A stretch of DNA of 64,000 nt from an uncultured bacterium (GTDB lineage Bacteria > Krumholzibacteriota > Krumholzibacteriia > LZORAL124-64-63), in the NCBI GenBank assembly GCA_903912525.1, contig CAIWHK010000049.1, positions 21,269-85,268 of the forward strand, written 5' to 3'. Below the pieces are notes generated by a model, which saw only the letters and a list, made by a program, of their open reading frames with translations, was not told the origin of the DNA and ran no database searches. This document shows positions 1 through 9,419 of this stretch, piece after piece. Position numbers and translations under genes: made by a program. The first letter of the stretch is position 1. Every line of letters begins with the position of its first letter.

Positions 1-308
1 TACGCACGCTTTCGGTCGACGGCATGGCCGGCGACCGCCTGCTGCGCGCCAATGCCGAACTGGGCCGCGCCACGGACATCAGGCCGCTGGGCGTGTTCCG
101 GCTGGGCGTGGCTGCGTTCGCCGGCGCCGGCAGCGCGTGGTGGGCCGACGAGTCGCGCACCTCGCGAGACCTGCGCCGCGAACTGGGCGTGGGCCTGCGT
201 TTCGGCCCGGTACGGTCGGGCAGTTCGGAACTCGCGCGCGTGGACCTGGCCTGGTCGCTGGACGGCGGCGGGCCGGAGATCGCGGCCGTGACCGGCGGTC
301 TTTTCTGA
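1..308 (+). CDS. 3' end of probable outer-membrane beta-barrel protein (BamA/TamA-like C-terminus), partial
   Basis: Frame open from the window start (RTLSVDGMAGDRLLRANAEL...). Amphipathic beta-strand pattern 'ELGVGLRFG...RVDLAW' and terminal Phe (TGGLF*). Confidence 0.55.
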   Translation, partial: RTLSVDGMAGDRLLRANAELGRATDIRPLGVFRLGVAAFAGAGSAWWADESRTSRDLRRELGVGLRFGPVRSGSSELARVDLAWSLDGGGPEIAAVTGGLF

Positions 309-397
309 GCCGTCGGGCCGCGTCCGGCATTCGGTGGTTGCCAGACCGGTGCGCGGTCGTTTATTCGTCCTGATCCGTGCCGCAGCGGCAGCCGGCG

Positions 398-415
398 GTT
401 GCGCCGGCGCAAGTC
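398..415. repeat. Intergenic palindrome, copy 1
   Basis: gTTGCGCCGGCGCAAgtc; the same motif recurs at 6138, 7853, 10367 and 60769. Confidence 0.8.
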
Positions 416-460
416 AGCGTCCCGACCACACCAGCCACCAGACCCAGGGAGCCACAGCCC

Positions 461-1321
461 ATGACCCGCACCGAGAAGACCAAGAGCTTGAAGCCCGTGG
501 GTCCCCGCATGACCGCCCTGGCCGACGCCGGCAAGCTGACCAGCCACAATGCCGACAAGCACTGGCTGTACCAGAACTCGGTGCAGAATCCGAAGGTCGA
601 GGTCGAGTTCATCGACCGCATCTTCGCCAAGGAGTTCGGCCGCAAGCCGACGCTGCTGCGCGAGGATTTCTGCGGCACCGCGCTGCTGTGCAGCTGGTGG
701 GTCAAGGCCCGCGCCACCAATCTCGCCGTCGGCGTCGACTTCGACGGCCCCACGCTGGAGTGGGGGCGCGTGAACAACCTGGCGCCGCTGGGCGACAAGG
801 CCGACCGCGTCACGCTGGTCCAGGACGATGTGCGCAGCGTGCGCGCCCCGAAGGCCGATGTGCTGATGGCCTCGAACTTCAGCTGGTGGGGCTTCAAGAC
901 GCGCGACGAACTGGGCGGCTACCTGCGCAACTGCCGCGCCTCGCTCAAGCCCGAGGGCCTGATGGTGATGGACTGTTACGGCGGCCCTGAGGCCCAGGTG
1001 GTCCAGGAAGAACTGCGCGAGATCGACGGCTTCACCTACGTCTGGGACCAGGACCACTACAACCCGGTCACGGGTGAAGTGCGCTGCCTGATCCACTTCG
1101 ACTTTCCCAAGGGCAAGCGCATGAAGCGCGCCTTCAGCTACGACTGGCGCCTGTGGACCGTGCCCGAGACGCGCGACCTGCTGCTCGAGGCGGGCTTCAG
1201 CCGCGTGATGGTCTACTGGGAGGGCACCGACAAGAAGGGCGAGCCGAACGGCGTCTTCCGGGTCAGCGAGAAGGGCGACCTCGCGCCGGCGTGGATCGCG
1301 TACATCGTCGCGGTGCGCTGA
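461..1321 (+). CDS. Class I SAM-dependent methyltransferase
   Basis: Motif I-like 'LREDFCGTA', then 'GVDFD' and 'DDVRSV'. ATG at 461 follows an AGGGAG RBS. Confidence 0.8.
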   Translation: MTRTEKTKSLKPVGPRMTALADAGKLTSHNADKHWLYQNSVQNPKVEVEFIDRIFAKEFGRKPTLLREDFCGTALLCSWWVKARATNLAVGVDFDGPTLEWGRVNNLAPLGDKADRVTLVQDDVRSVRAPKADVLMASNFSWWGFKTRDELGGYLRNCRASLKPEGLMVMDCYGGPEAQVVQEELREIDGFTYVWDQDHYNPVTGEVRCLIHFDFPKGKRMKRAFSYDWRLWTVPETRDLLLEAGFSRVMVYWEGTDKKGEPNGVFRVSEKGDLAPAWIAYIVAVR

Positions 1322-1660
1322 GGCTCGAAAACCCGCTGGTGTCGATGGCGCCGCCCTGGGAGGGGTGGCGCCTTGGTATTTATGACGATATGTAAAATGC
1401 GATCACGGGTAACTGTTGTAATGGTCCATATTTGTAACAATTTGAGCCACATCCCACCCGTTTGGAATTTTTCTCTTTTTGCGCTATTGACGTCTACCTG
1501 AGAAAGATGTCTAATTGTGTCCGACTATCGCAGATTCACGGAGATGGACCAGTCGCCCAACCGCGCCGATCCTCCAGGTCTCCAACTTCCCGTTCGTCGC
1601 CGCCTACCGGTCCCTGTGGGATCGGCCGCGGCTTTCGCCCCGTCAGTTCCGGGAGTTGCC

Positions 1661-4600
1661 ATGAAAGCCCAGCGCGTCCGTTTGTCAGCTGTCCTGTTGT
1701 CGATCGCCTTGGCGATCGCCATCGTCCTGCCGGCCACCCTGGCCCCGCCGGTGTACTCGGCGCCCGAGGATGCCCCGATCGCCGGCGAGACCATTGAGGG
1801 TGTCCGCGGCGTCACCGAGTCGATGGCCTCCATCAATGCGCGCCAGATGATGTACGACGCCATGGGCGGCCGCATCCTGCGCGAGCAGGAGGACCAGGAC
1901 GAGCGCGAGGAGAAGGTGGACCGCACCAGCCTCATGCAGAATCCCGAGGCGCCGCAGTCCGCTGCGATGGTCGATGGAAGACCCGCGGAGCTGCCGGCCG
2001 AAAAGTCGGCGCTGGCGTCGCAGTTGACCGTCAGCACCAACTTCACCGGCGCGACGCTGTCGGGCGTCAACCCGACGCTGGCCTTCCCGCCCGACAGCAT
2101 GGGCGCCGTCGGCCCCACGCAGTATGTGGTCTTCGTCAACGGCCGCCTGGTCACGTTCAACAAGAGCACCGGCGTGGCCGACGGCGTCATGAACGCCGAC
2201 CCGGACGTCTTCTTCGTCCCGGTCATGACGGGTGGTTCCTACACCAGCGACGCGCGTGTGCGCTATGACCGCCTGACCGGTCGCTGGTTCCTGGTGATGA
2301 TCGACGTGGCCACGCCCAACCGCATCATGTTCGCGGTCAGCGACGCGGGCAGCGCCAACGCCATCACGGTCGCGACGACCTGGACGTTCTTCGCCATCAC
2401 CAGCGCGGCCGGGTGCCTGTCCGACTACCCGACCCTCGGCATCGACGCCAACGCGCTGTATGTCGGCACGAACAATTTCTGCGGCGGCGGCACCACCTAC
2501 TCGGGCGCCGACGGCTACGTCATCCGCAAGAGCTCGATCATGGGCGCCGGCCCGATCGTCTCCACCCGCTTCGTTGTCGTGGCCAGCGCCGCGGCGGCCG
2601 GTCCCTACACGCCGCAGGGCGTCGACAACTACGACCCGAGCGCCAACGAGGGCTACTTCATCGGCTGCGACAATGCCGCCTATGGCCTGTTGCAGCTGCG
2701 CCGCGTGTTCAACCCGGGCGGCACGCCGACCATCTCGGCCAACATCCCCATCACGGTGTCTTCGACGACGGCGCCGGTTCCCGTCCCGCACCTGGGGAAC
2801 ACGGCCGGCAACAACGGCCGGCTGGACGGGCTGGATGACCGCCTGTTCGCCGCGCATATCCGGAACGGCCGCCTGTGGACCGCCCACAACATCCAGGTCA
2901 ACGCCAGCGGCGTCGCCAGCGGGTCGGGCGGCCGCAACGGCACGCGCTGGTATGAACTGAACGGCGTCCGCACCGTCGACAACGGCGGCGCGCCCGTCGT
3001 GGTGCAGTCGGGTACGATCTTCGATACTGCCGCCAGCAGCCCGCTGTCCTACTGGATCCCGTCGGTGATGGTGTCGGGCCAGGGCCACGCCGCCTTCGGC
3101 TTCAGCCATGCCGGCACCGCGGCCTACGCCAACGCAGCCGTGACCGGCCGCCTGGTCGGCGATGCGCTCAGCGCCACGCAGACTGTCCAGAAGTACACCG
3201 CCGCGACGACGGCCTACAACCCGGCCAGCGACCCGGGCGGCACCGGTGGCCGCCGCTGGGGCGATTACTCGTACACGAGCCTCGATCCCCTGGACGACAT
3301 GACCATGTGGACGGTCCAGGAGTTCTGCAACGCCGCCAACTCGTACGGCGTACGCGTGGCCAAGCTGCTGGCGCCGCCTCCGGCCACGCCGAGCGTGCTG
3401 GCTGACGTCAACGCGGGGACGGCCACGGTCAACGTCACGCTGACCGGCCTCTCGACCAGCGGTTCGGGCTTCTACGACCCGGGCACGAACCTGGCGGGTG
3501 TGCCGGCGTTCAACCACCTGTCGGCCGGCATCACCAACGGCGGGGCCACCGGCACGCCGCCCACCGTCGTGTCGGCGACCTACGTCAACCCGACCACGGT
3601 GAACCTGGTGCTCAATGCCGGTGCGGCCACGGCCAACCTGCCGGGCGAGAAGTACACGCTGACCATCACGAACCCCGACGGCCAGACCGCGGCGGCCGCC
3701 GTCGTGCGCGTGATCGGCGCCGCGGCGCCGCCCACGGCGACCATCGCGACCGGCCCGACCGCCGCCGAAGGCAACGCCGGCAGCACGCCGTTCACGTTCA
3801 CGGTCAACCTGTCGGCGGCCAGCGGTTCGAGCGTCTCGGTCAACTGGGCCACCGCCGACGGCACGGCCACCACGGCAGACGGCGACTACGTGGCCGGCTC
3901 CGGCACGTTGACCATCCCGGCCGGCGGCACGTCCGGCACTGTCAACGTGGTGGTCAGCGGCGACACCAGGTACGAGGGCAACGAGACGTTCACGGTGACG
4001 ATCAGCAGTCCGGTGAACGCCACCCTGGGCGCGACCACCAGCGCCACGGGCACCATCACGAACGACGACACGGCGCCGACGATCTCGATCGCCGCCGTTT
4101 CGCAGGCCGAGGGCAACAGCGGCGCGACGGCGTACGGGTTCACGGCGACGCTGTCGGCGGCCAGCGGCCTGGCCGCCTCGGCGAACTACACGACGGCCAA
4201 CGGCACCGCGACGGTGGCCGACGGTGACTACACCGCCGCCTCGGGCACCATCAACTTCCCGGCCGGGACCACGACGCAGCCGATCACGGTCAACGTCGCC
4301 GGTGACGTGAAGTACGAGACGGACGAGTCGTTTGCCGTCAACCTGTCGACCCTGTCGGGCCTCTCGTCAGTGACGACGCAGGGCGTCGGCACCATCACGA
4401 ACGACGATACGGCCCCGACCGTGGCCCTGGACAACGTGACGGTGGCCGAGGGCAACAGCGGCACCACGGCGTTCACGTTCACGGCGACGCTGTCGGCGGC
4501 CAGCGGCACGGTCGCCACGGCGGACTACGCCACCAGCGACGGCACGGCGACCACGGCCGACGGCGATTACGCCGCCGCCACCGGTACGGTCACCTTTGCG

Positions 4601-6040
4601 GCCGGCACGACAACGCAGAACGTCACGGTCAACGTCGCCGGCGACACGAAGCACGAAGGCGACGATGCCTTCGCCCTGGCGCTGTCGAACCTGGCGGGCA
4701 TCTCGTCGGTGACCGCGCAGGGCACGGGCACGATCACCAACGACGACACGGCCCCGACCGTGGCGATCGACGCGGTGTCGCACGCCGAGGGTGACAGCGG
4801 CACCACCGAGTACCTCTTCACGGCCACGCTGTCGGCGGCCAGCGGCCTGGTCGCCTCGGCCGACTACACGACCGTGGACGGGACAGCAACCGTCGCCGAC
4901 AGCGACTACGCGGCCGCCAACGGCACGATCACGTTCCCGGCCGGCACGACCACGCAGCCGATCACGGTGCTGGTCAACGGCGACACGGCGAATGAGCTCG
5001 ACGAGGCCTTCGCCGTGGACCTGGCGAACCTGGCCGGCATCGCGTCGGTGACGACGCAGGGCGCCGGCACCATTGTCAACGACGAGGCCGGCCCGGTGCT
5101 GTCGATCGCGAACATCTCCGTGGCCGAGGGCAACTCGGGCACGACGTCGTTCGTGTTCACGATCACGATGTCCGGCACGAGCGCCAGCAACGTCAGCGTC
5201 GACGTGGCGACGGCCGACGGCACGGCGACGGCCGGCGACTACACGGCCCGCACGGCCACGCTGACCATCCCGGCCGGCGCGACCACCCTGGCCGACACGG
5301 TGCTGGTCAGCGGCGACCTGTGCGGCGAGGTCAACGAGACGTTCACGATGACGCTGTCGAACCCGGTGAACGCCACGATCGGCACGCCGACCGCGACCGC
5401 GACCATCCAGAACGACGACGACGTGACCGCGCCGTCGGTGACCGTGACGTCGCCCAACGGCGGCGAAGCGGCCTACCTGGCCGCTCCGTACGACATCACC
5501 TGGTCGGCGAGCGACGACGTGGATGTCACGTCGGTCGACATCCTGCTGTCGCGCGACGGCGGCAGCACCTGGAGCGAGACCCTGGCGACGGGCCTCGGCA
5601 ACACCGGCACGTACGAGTGGACGGTCAACGGCCCGCTGGCCCCCGGCACGGCACTGGTGAAGGTTGTCGCCTACGACGCCGGCTGCAACAGCAACAGCGA
5701 CGTCAGCAACATGGCGTTCAACATCGCGGATCCCGCGCTGTCGGGCGTCACGGACGGCCCCGTCACCGAGTTCGCGCTCAGTTCGCTGCGCCCGAACCCG
5801 ACCGCCGGCCAGACGCTGATCCAGTACCAGTTGCCGCAGGCCAGCCACGTGCGCCTGTCCATCGTCGACCTGCGTGGCCGCACCGTGTCGCGCGTGATCG
5901 ACAACGAAGTGGGCCCCGGCCGCCACACGGCGAACTGGTCCGGCCACACGGACACGGGCCCGGCCCCGGCGGGCGTGTACTTCGTGATCTTCGAGGCGGG
6001 CGGGCATCGCTTCCACAAGAAGCTGGTGCTGACGCACTGA
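1661..6040 (+). CDS. Large secreted Calx-beta repeat protein with FlgD-Ig/T9SS-A-like C-terminal domain
   Basis: Signal peptide MKAQRVRLSAVLL...; N-terminal domain with 'PPDSMGAVGP' and 'RWGDYS'; five Calx-beta repeats (EGNSG...ATADGTAT...DY...GD..YE.DE.F...TITNDD); tail 'RPNPTAGQTLIQYQLP...GVYFV...KKLVLTH'. GGGAG RBS. Confidence 0.85.
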   Translation: MKAQRVRLSAVLLSIALAIAIVLPATLAPPVYSAPEDAPIAGETIEGVRGVTESMASINARQMMYDAMGGRILREQEDQDEREEKVDRTSLMQNPEAPQSAAMVDGRPAELPAEKSALASQLTVSTNFTGATLSGVNPTLAFPPDSMGAVGPTQYVVFVNGRLVTFNKSTGVADGVMNADPDVFFVPVMTGGSYTSDARVRYDRLTGRWFLVMIDVATPNRIMFAVSDAGSANAITVATTWTFFAITSAAGCLSDYPTLGIDANALYVGTNNFCGGGTTYSGADGYVIRKSSIMGAGPIVSTRFVVVASAAAAGPYTPQGVDNYDPSANEGYFIGCDNAAYGLLQLRRVFNPGGTPTISANIPITVSSTTAPVPVPHLGNTAGNNGRLDGLDDRLFAAHIRNGRLWTAHNIQVNASGVASGSGGRNGTRWYELNGVRTVDNGGAPVVVQSGTIFDTAASSPLSYWIPSVMVSGQGHAAFGFSHAGTAAYANAAVTGRLVGDALSATQTVQKYTAATTAYNPASDPGGTGGRRWGDYSYTSLDPLDDMTMWTVQEFCNAANSYGVRVAKLLAPPPATPSVLADVNAGTATVNVTLTGLSTSGSGFYDPGTNLAGVPAFNHLSAGITNGGATGTPPTVVSATYVNPTTVNLVLNAGAATANLPGEKYTLTITNPDGQTAAAAVVRVIGAAAPPTATIATGPTAAEGNAGSTPFTFTVNLSAASGSSVSVNWATADGTATTADGDYVAGSGTLTIPAGGTSGTVNVVVSGDTRYEGNETFTVTISSPVNATLGATTSATGTITNDDTAPTISIAAVSQAEGNSGATAYGFTATLSAASGLAASANYTTANGTATVADGDYTAASGTINFPAGTTTQPITVNVAGDVKYETDESFAVNLSTLSGLSSVTTQGVGTITNDDTAPTVALDNVTVAEGNSGTTAFTFTATLSAASGTVATADYATSDGTATTADGDYAAATGTVTFAAGTTTQNVTVNVAGDTKHEGDDAFALALSNLAGISSVTAQGTGTITNDDTAPTVAIDAVSHAEGDSGTTEYLFTATLSAASGLVASADYTTVDGTATVADSDYAAANGTITFPAGTTTQPITVLVNGDTANELDEAFAVDLANLAGIASVTTQGAGTIVNDEAGPVLSIANISVAEGNSGTTSFVFTITMSGTSASNVSVDVATADGTATAGDYTARTATLTIPAGATTLADTVLVSGDLCGEVNETFTMTLSNPVNATIGTPTATATIQNDDDVTAPSVTVTSPNGGEAAYLAAPYDITWSASDDVDVTSVDILLSRDGGSTWSETLATGLGNTGTYEWTVNGPLAPGTALVKVVAYDAGCNSNSDVSNMAFNIADPALSGVTDGPVTEFALSSLRPNPTAGQTLIQYQLPQASHVRLSIVDLRGRTVSRVIDNEVGPGRHTANWSGHTDTGPAPAGVYFVIFEAGGHRFHKKLVLTH
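3727..5425 (+). repeat. Five tandem ~340-bp Calx-beta domain repeats (intragenic)
   Basis: Recurring DNA blocks such as ACCATCACGAACGACGA(C/T)ACGGC(G/C)CCGAC and CTGTCGGCGGCCAGCGG at ~340-nt spacing. Confidence 0.85.
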
Positions 6041-6080
6041 TCGGGGCGTCGCCCCTTCGGGGGCAACGGCTGTGACGAGG

Positions 6081-6110
6081 ACGGGGAGCCCGACATGGGC
6101 TCCCCGTTTC
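6081..6110 (+). terminator. Intrinsic terminator after Calx-beta gene
   Basis: ACGGGGAGCCC-GACAT-GGGCTCCCCGT followed by TTCATT. Confidence 0.7.
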
Positions 6111-6137
6111 ATTGGCCGAGGGCGGCTTGCGCGCGTC

Positions 6138-6155
6138 GACTTGCGCCGGCGCAAC
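6138..6155. repeat. Intergenic palindrome, copy 2
   Basis: GACTTGCGCCGGCGCAAC. Confidence 0.8.
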
Positions 6156-6177
6156 TCCGGTCGGGCGCGCCGCGACC

Positions 6178-6204
6178 TCAAGTTTTTCAGCAATCGGCCG
6201 ATAA
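6178..6204 (+). promoter_or_regulatory. Sigma28 (FliA/SigD)-type promoter
   Basis: TCAAGTTT-N11-GCCGATAA versus the consensus TAAAGTTT-N11-GCCGATAA (15/16, exact spacing), 41 nt upstream of a flagellar-rod-domain gene. Confidence 0.8.
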
Positions 6205-6245
6205 CCGTTGAGGCGACCCGCAGCCGCAACCGCCGGAGGTCCACG

Positions 6246-6479
6246 GTGATCGACGCCATCAGCAGCGCGCTCGGCGGCATGCAGCGCAACCAGGAAGCGT
6301 TCGGTCGCCACGCCGATCGGATCGCCCGCTCGGGCCTGGAATCCGAGGGTGGGGAAACGATCGACCTTTCGAAGGAACTCGTGGGCGCCATGGTCGCCCG
6401 CCGCGGCTACGAAGCCAACCTGCCGGTCATCCGCGCAGCCGACGACATGCTCGGCAGCCTGCTCGACGCCCTCGCCTGA
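6246..6479 (+). CDS. Small flagellar basal-body rod/hook terminal-domain (Flg_bbr_C-like) protein, 77 aa
   Basis: GGAGG RBS then GTG. 'ISSALGGMQ...ADRIA' resembles the rod N-helix and 'IDLSKELVGAMVARRGYEANLPVIRAADDMLGSLLD' the rod C-helix. Confidence 0.8.
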   Translation: MIDAISSALGGMQRNQEAFGRHADRIARSGLESEGGETIDLSKELVGAMVARRGYEANLPVIRAADDMLGSLLDALA

Positions 6480-6498
6480 TCCCGAACCGGCGCTTTCG

Positions 6499-7701
6499 CT
6501 AGCCGAGCACCCGCTTCGTGATGCGGTCGAGCGCCTTGCCCAGTTGCTCCTCCTCGATGCCCGAGAACGACAACCGCACGTGGTGGGCGTACTCGGGGCC
6601 GCCGAAGGCCGTGCCCGGAATGACGGCCACGCCCGCGTCCAGGAACCGCTGCAGCACGAACGCGCCTTGCGGCGTGCCGGCCGGGGCTTCGGGGACCAGG
6701 CCCTTCAGGTTCAGGAAGAAGTAGAACGCGCCCTCGGGGCGGTACAGTCCGGGTCCCAGAACCGGGGCCAGTCGCTCGACGATCAGTTCGCGCCGCCGCC
6801 CGAACCGCTCCATCAGCGGGCGCAGCCACGCTTCGCGTTCCTCGACCGACGTCAGCGCCACGGCGAACGCCTTCTGGATGAACGGCACCACGCCGGCCGT
6901 CTGCGTGTACTCGCCCAGCGTCATCTTGGAAATCAGGTTCGCGTCGCGGCAGACCGTGTAGCCGATGCGGAATCCCGTGGCCGCATAGGACTTCGAGCAC
7001 GTGTGCACCGAGAAGATGTGGTCGCCGGGGAACTCGAGCAGGCTGACATGGCGCGCGCCGCCGAACACGAAATCCTCGTAGGCCTCGTCCGAGACGATCC
7101 GCACGCCGTGCTTCAGGCACAGGTCGTTCAGCCGGGAGAGTTCCTCGCGCGAGAACACCTTGCCGGTCGGGTTGTGCGGCGTGTTGACGTACAGCAGGTC
7201 GGCGCCGGGCAGCTTGGCCTCGACCTGCGCGAAGTCGATCTCCAGCGCGCCGTCGCGTTCGATGAACGCCACCGGATCCAGCGTGTAGTTGCCGTAGGGC
7301 GCGATGTTCTCGAGCACGCAGGACCAGGTCGGCGCGAACGCCACGACGCGCCCGCCGGCGAACAGGTTGAACGTGAGCTGCAGGCCTTCCTGGCCACCGT
7401 AGGTGCACAGCACGTGTTCGCGTCCCACGTCACTGATGCCGGCTTCGGCCAGTCGCGCCAGGACCGCGTCCTTGAACCAGGGTTCGCCGCCCGATTTCGG
7501 GTAGCGGGTCAGCCCGGCCTCGATGGCCTCGCCGATGGCGCGCGTGATGTAGGCCGGGGTGTTGTCCGCCAGTTCGCCGCGCTGCAGGAAGGCGAACTTC
7601 CCACCGTTGGCCGCCTCCCAGCGGGGGGCCAGGTCGCGGATCCGCTCGCTGATCTCGACGATGGGCGAGAGTCCGATTCTGGTGAAGGAGGGGTTCAGCA
7701 T
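6499..7701 (-). CDS. PLP-dependent aminotransferase, class I/II
   Basis: 'NTPHNPTG', 'SDEAY' and PLP-lysine motif 'SKSYAATGFRIG'. Confidence 0.9.
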   Translation of the reverse strand: MLNPSFTRIGLSPIVEISERIRDLAPRWEAANGGKFAFLQRGELADNTPAYITRAIGEAIEAGLTRYPKSGGEPWFKDAVLARLAEAGISDVGREHVLCTYGGQEGLQLTFNLFAGGRVVAFAPTWSCVLENIAPYGNYTLDPVAFIERDGALEIDFAQVEAKLPGADLLYVNTPHNPTGKVFSREELSRLNDLCLKHGVRIVSDEAYEDFVFGGARHVSLLEFPGDHIFSVHTCSKSYAATGFRIGYTVCRDANLISKMTLGEYTQTAGVVPFIQKAFAVALTSVEEREAWLRPLMERFGRRRELIVERLAPVLGPGLYRPEGAFYFFLNLKGLVPEAPAGTPQGAFVLQRFLDAGVAVIPGTAFGGPEYAHHVRLSFSGIEEEQLGKALDRITKRVLG

Positions 7702-7852
7702 CGCATGCCCTTTCGCGTGACTGGCGGGAATCCGTCGTTCGGCCGCAGGCGGCATACTAGAGGATAAACGTCCCCGCAGCCAACGCGATTGGCGGCACGT
7801 TTCTTTGCATATGCGGCACATCAGGTTAGGGGGGAGCTGCCGCCGCGTTCAC

Positions 7853-7871
7853 GACTTGCGCCGGCGCAAGT
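7853..7871. repeat. Intergenic palindrome, copy 3 (perfect 18-bp)
   Basis: gACTTGCGCCGGCGCAAGT. Confidence 0.85.
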
Positions 7872-7920
7872 GCCAGGAGATCGAGTGCCGGGAGATCAGC
7901 ATGCCGGCGTGCCGGCTTGT

Positions 7921-9294
7921 TCAGCGCCCCGGCATCCCGGGCGCCATGGCGCGCTCGTTGACCAGTTCGCCATAGGAGCGCCGCAGGGCGTCGAGCGCGG
8001 CGCGCAGTCGCCGCTCACTCTCGCCGTCGAACCAGGCGCGTTCGACGGCCGTGCGCGCCTCGGCGAACGGCCGGGGTCGGCTCGCTGTGGCGTCCAGGAC
8101 CAGCACGACACGCCAGGCGCCGGCGTCCAGCGAGTCGGGGCCCACGATCCCGAGCGGGCCGGCCGCGACGCAACGCGCGGTCAGCAGGCTGTCGCTGCGG
8201 GAGTCGATGATTCCGGGCACGCGTTCCGGCAGGGCGCGATCGAACGCGGCCAGGCTGTCGGCGCCGGCGCGTGTGCGCAGGTGAGCAGCCATATCGTCGG
8301 CGCCTGCGTGCGTGGGCAGGTAGCGGCGCACGATCTCGGCGCGGGCCGGCAGATCCCAGCGCGACGGCTCACGGTCGTACTCCCGACGCAGCGTGAGCGA
8401 GTCGCGCGGCACCTGGGAGAAGACGTGGCGCACAGCCCACGCCTTGGCGGCGAATCCTTCCGCGCGATCGCGCAATCGCTGGACGTCGGACGGCCGCGCC
8501 GGGGCGTCGCCGGCGCGCGCCTGGGTCCGCAGCAACCGCTGGTAGAGGGCGGTGCGGATCAGTTCCTTCACTTGCCGCGCGTCGTCCAGGTGGGGGCGGT
8601 CCAGCACGCGCATGCCGCGCCATTCGCCCAGCAGGTCGCGCACCGTGAACGGGCGCCCGGCGTGCGTGGCGATGATCCGGTCGGTGTCTTCGGCGGCGAC
8701 GGCGGGAAAGCTCGCCAGTTTTCGGGCGCGCTGCACCAGGCCATCGTCGGGGGCGGGCGCCGGCAGGGCGGCGAAGGCGGCGGCCAGCGTCGCGACGAGG
8801 CCGTCGTCCCAGTTCGGGGGGCGGCGCGCGAGTTCGGCGTCCCGCATGGCGGCGCCGAGCACGGCCGGGTGGGTGACGGTGTCACCGCGCGCGGCGCGTT
8901 GAGCGCGTTCGACGGCGTAGGCGGAGTCGAGCGCCGCCTCGAAGGCGATCTGTGCGGCGAAGTCGCGGTACTGGGCGCTGTCCTGGGGCGCCCAGGCCAG
9001 ATGCTCCACCGCGTTGGCCAGGCGCAGGGCGCGCCGGTCGAGCAGGGTGCCGAGCACTTCGCGCGCCTGGGCGGGGGAGAGCGCGTCGGGTGTCAGGCCG
9101 CGTCGGCGGGCCGCTGCCTGCACATCGACGACCGTGACACTCTCGACCCGAGCGCCATCGCGCAACTGGGCCAGCACGGTGTCGGGCAGGTCCGCAGCGA
9201 CAGGCGAGGCGCACAGGACGCCTGGCGCGCCGGCCAGCACGGCACAGGCAAGCAGGACCAACCGTCCGACCGGCAGCATCGGGATCACCGGCAC
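7921..9294 (-). CDS. Secreted SurA/PrsA/parvulin-like chaperone (degenerate PPIase)
   Basis: Signal peptide; 'IIATHAGRPFTVRDL'; C-terminal 'RPFAEARTAVE...LDALRRSYGELVNE' typical of PpiC-family foldases. Start is uncertain (GTG 9294 or ATG 9279). Confidence 0.55.
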   Translation of the reverse strand: MPVIPMLPVGRLVLLACAVLAGAPGVLCASPVAADLPDTVLAQLRDGARVESVTVVDVQAAARRRGLTPDALSPAQAREVLGTLLDRRALRLANAVEHLAWAPQDSAQYRDFAAQIAFEAALDSAYAVERAQRAARGDTVTHPAVLGAAMRDAELARRPPNWDDGLVATLAAAFAALPAPAPDDGLVQRARKLASFPAVAAEDTDRIIATHAGRPFTVRDLLGEWRGMRVLDRPHLDDARQVKELIRTALYQRLLRTQARAGDAPARPSDVQRLRDRAEGFAAKAWAVRHVFSQVPRDSLTLRREYDREPSRWDLPARAEIVRRYLPTHAGADDMAAHLRTRAGADSLAAFDRALPERVPGIIDSRSDSLLTARCVAAGPLGIVGPDSLDAGAWRVVLVLDATASRPRPFAEARTAVERAWFDGESERRLRAALDALRRSYGELVNERAMAPGMPGR

Positions 9295-9419
9295 GTTCAA
9301 ACCTCCCACAGAACCGTTGGCCCGACCGCACTGTATAGGCGGCGGGCCCGGCGCGCAACGGCCGGCCCCCCAATCGGGGAGCCGGCCGTGCGTGCGGAGC
9401 CTGTTACAAGGACTGCAGG

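Noticed and set aside
3727-5425. Regularly spaced DNA repeats as a CRISPR array
   Set aside because: The ~340-bp period, degenerate third positions and in-frame coding identify Calx-beta domains. No cas genes.
7793-7810. Sigma54-like GGCACG...TTGCA
   Set aside because: GG-to-GC spacing is 11 rather than 10, and it points away from the adjacent gene.
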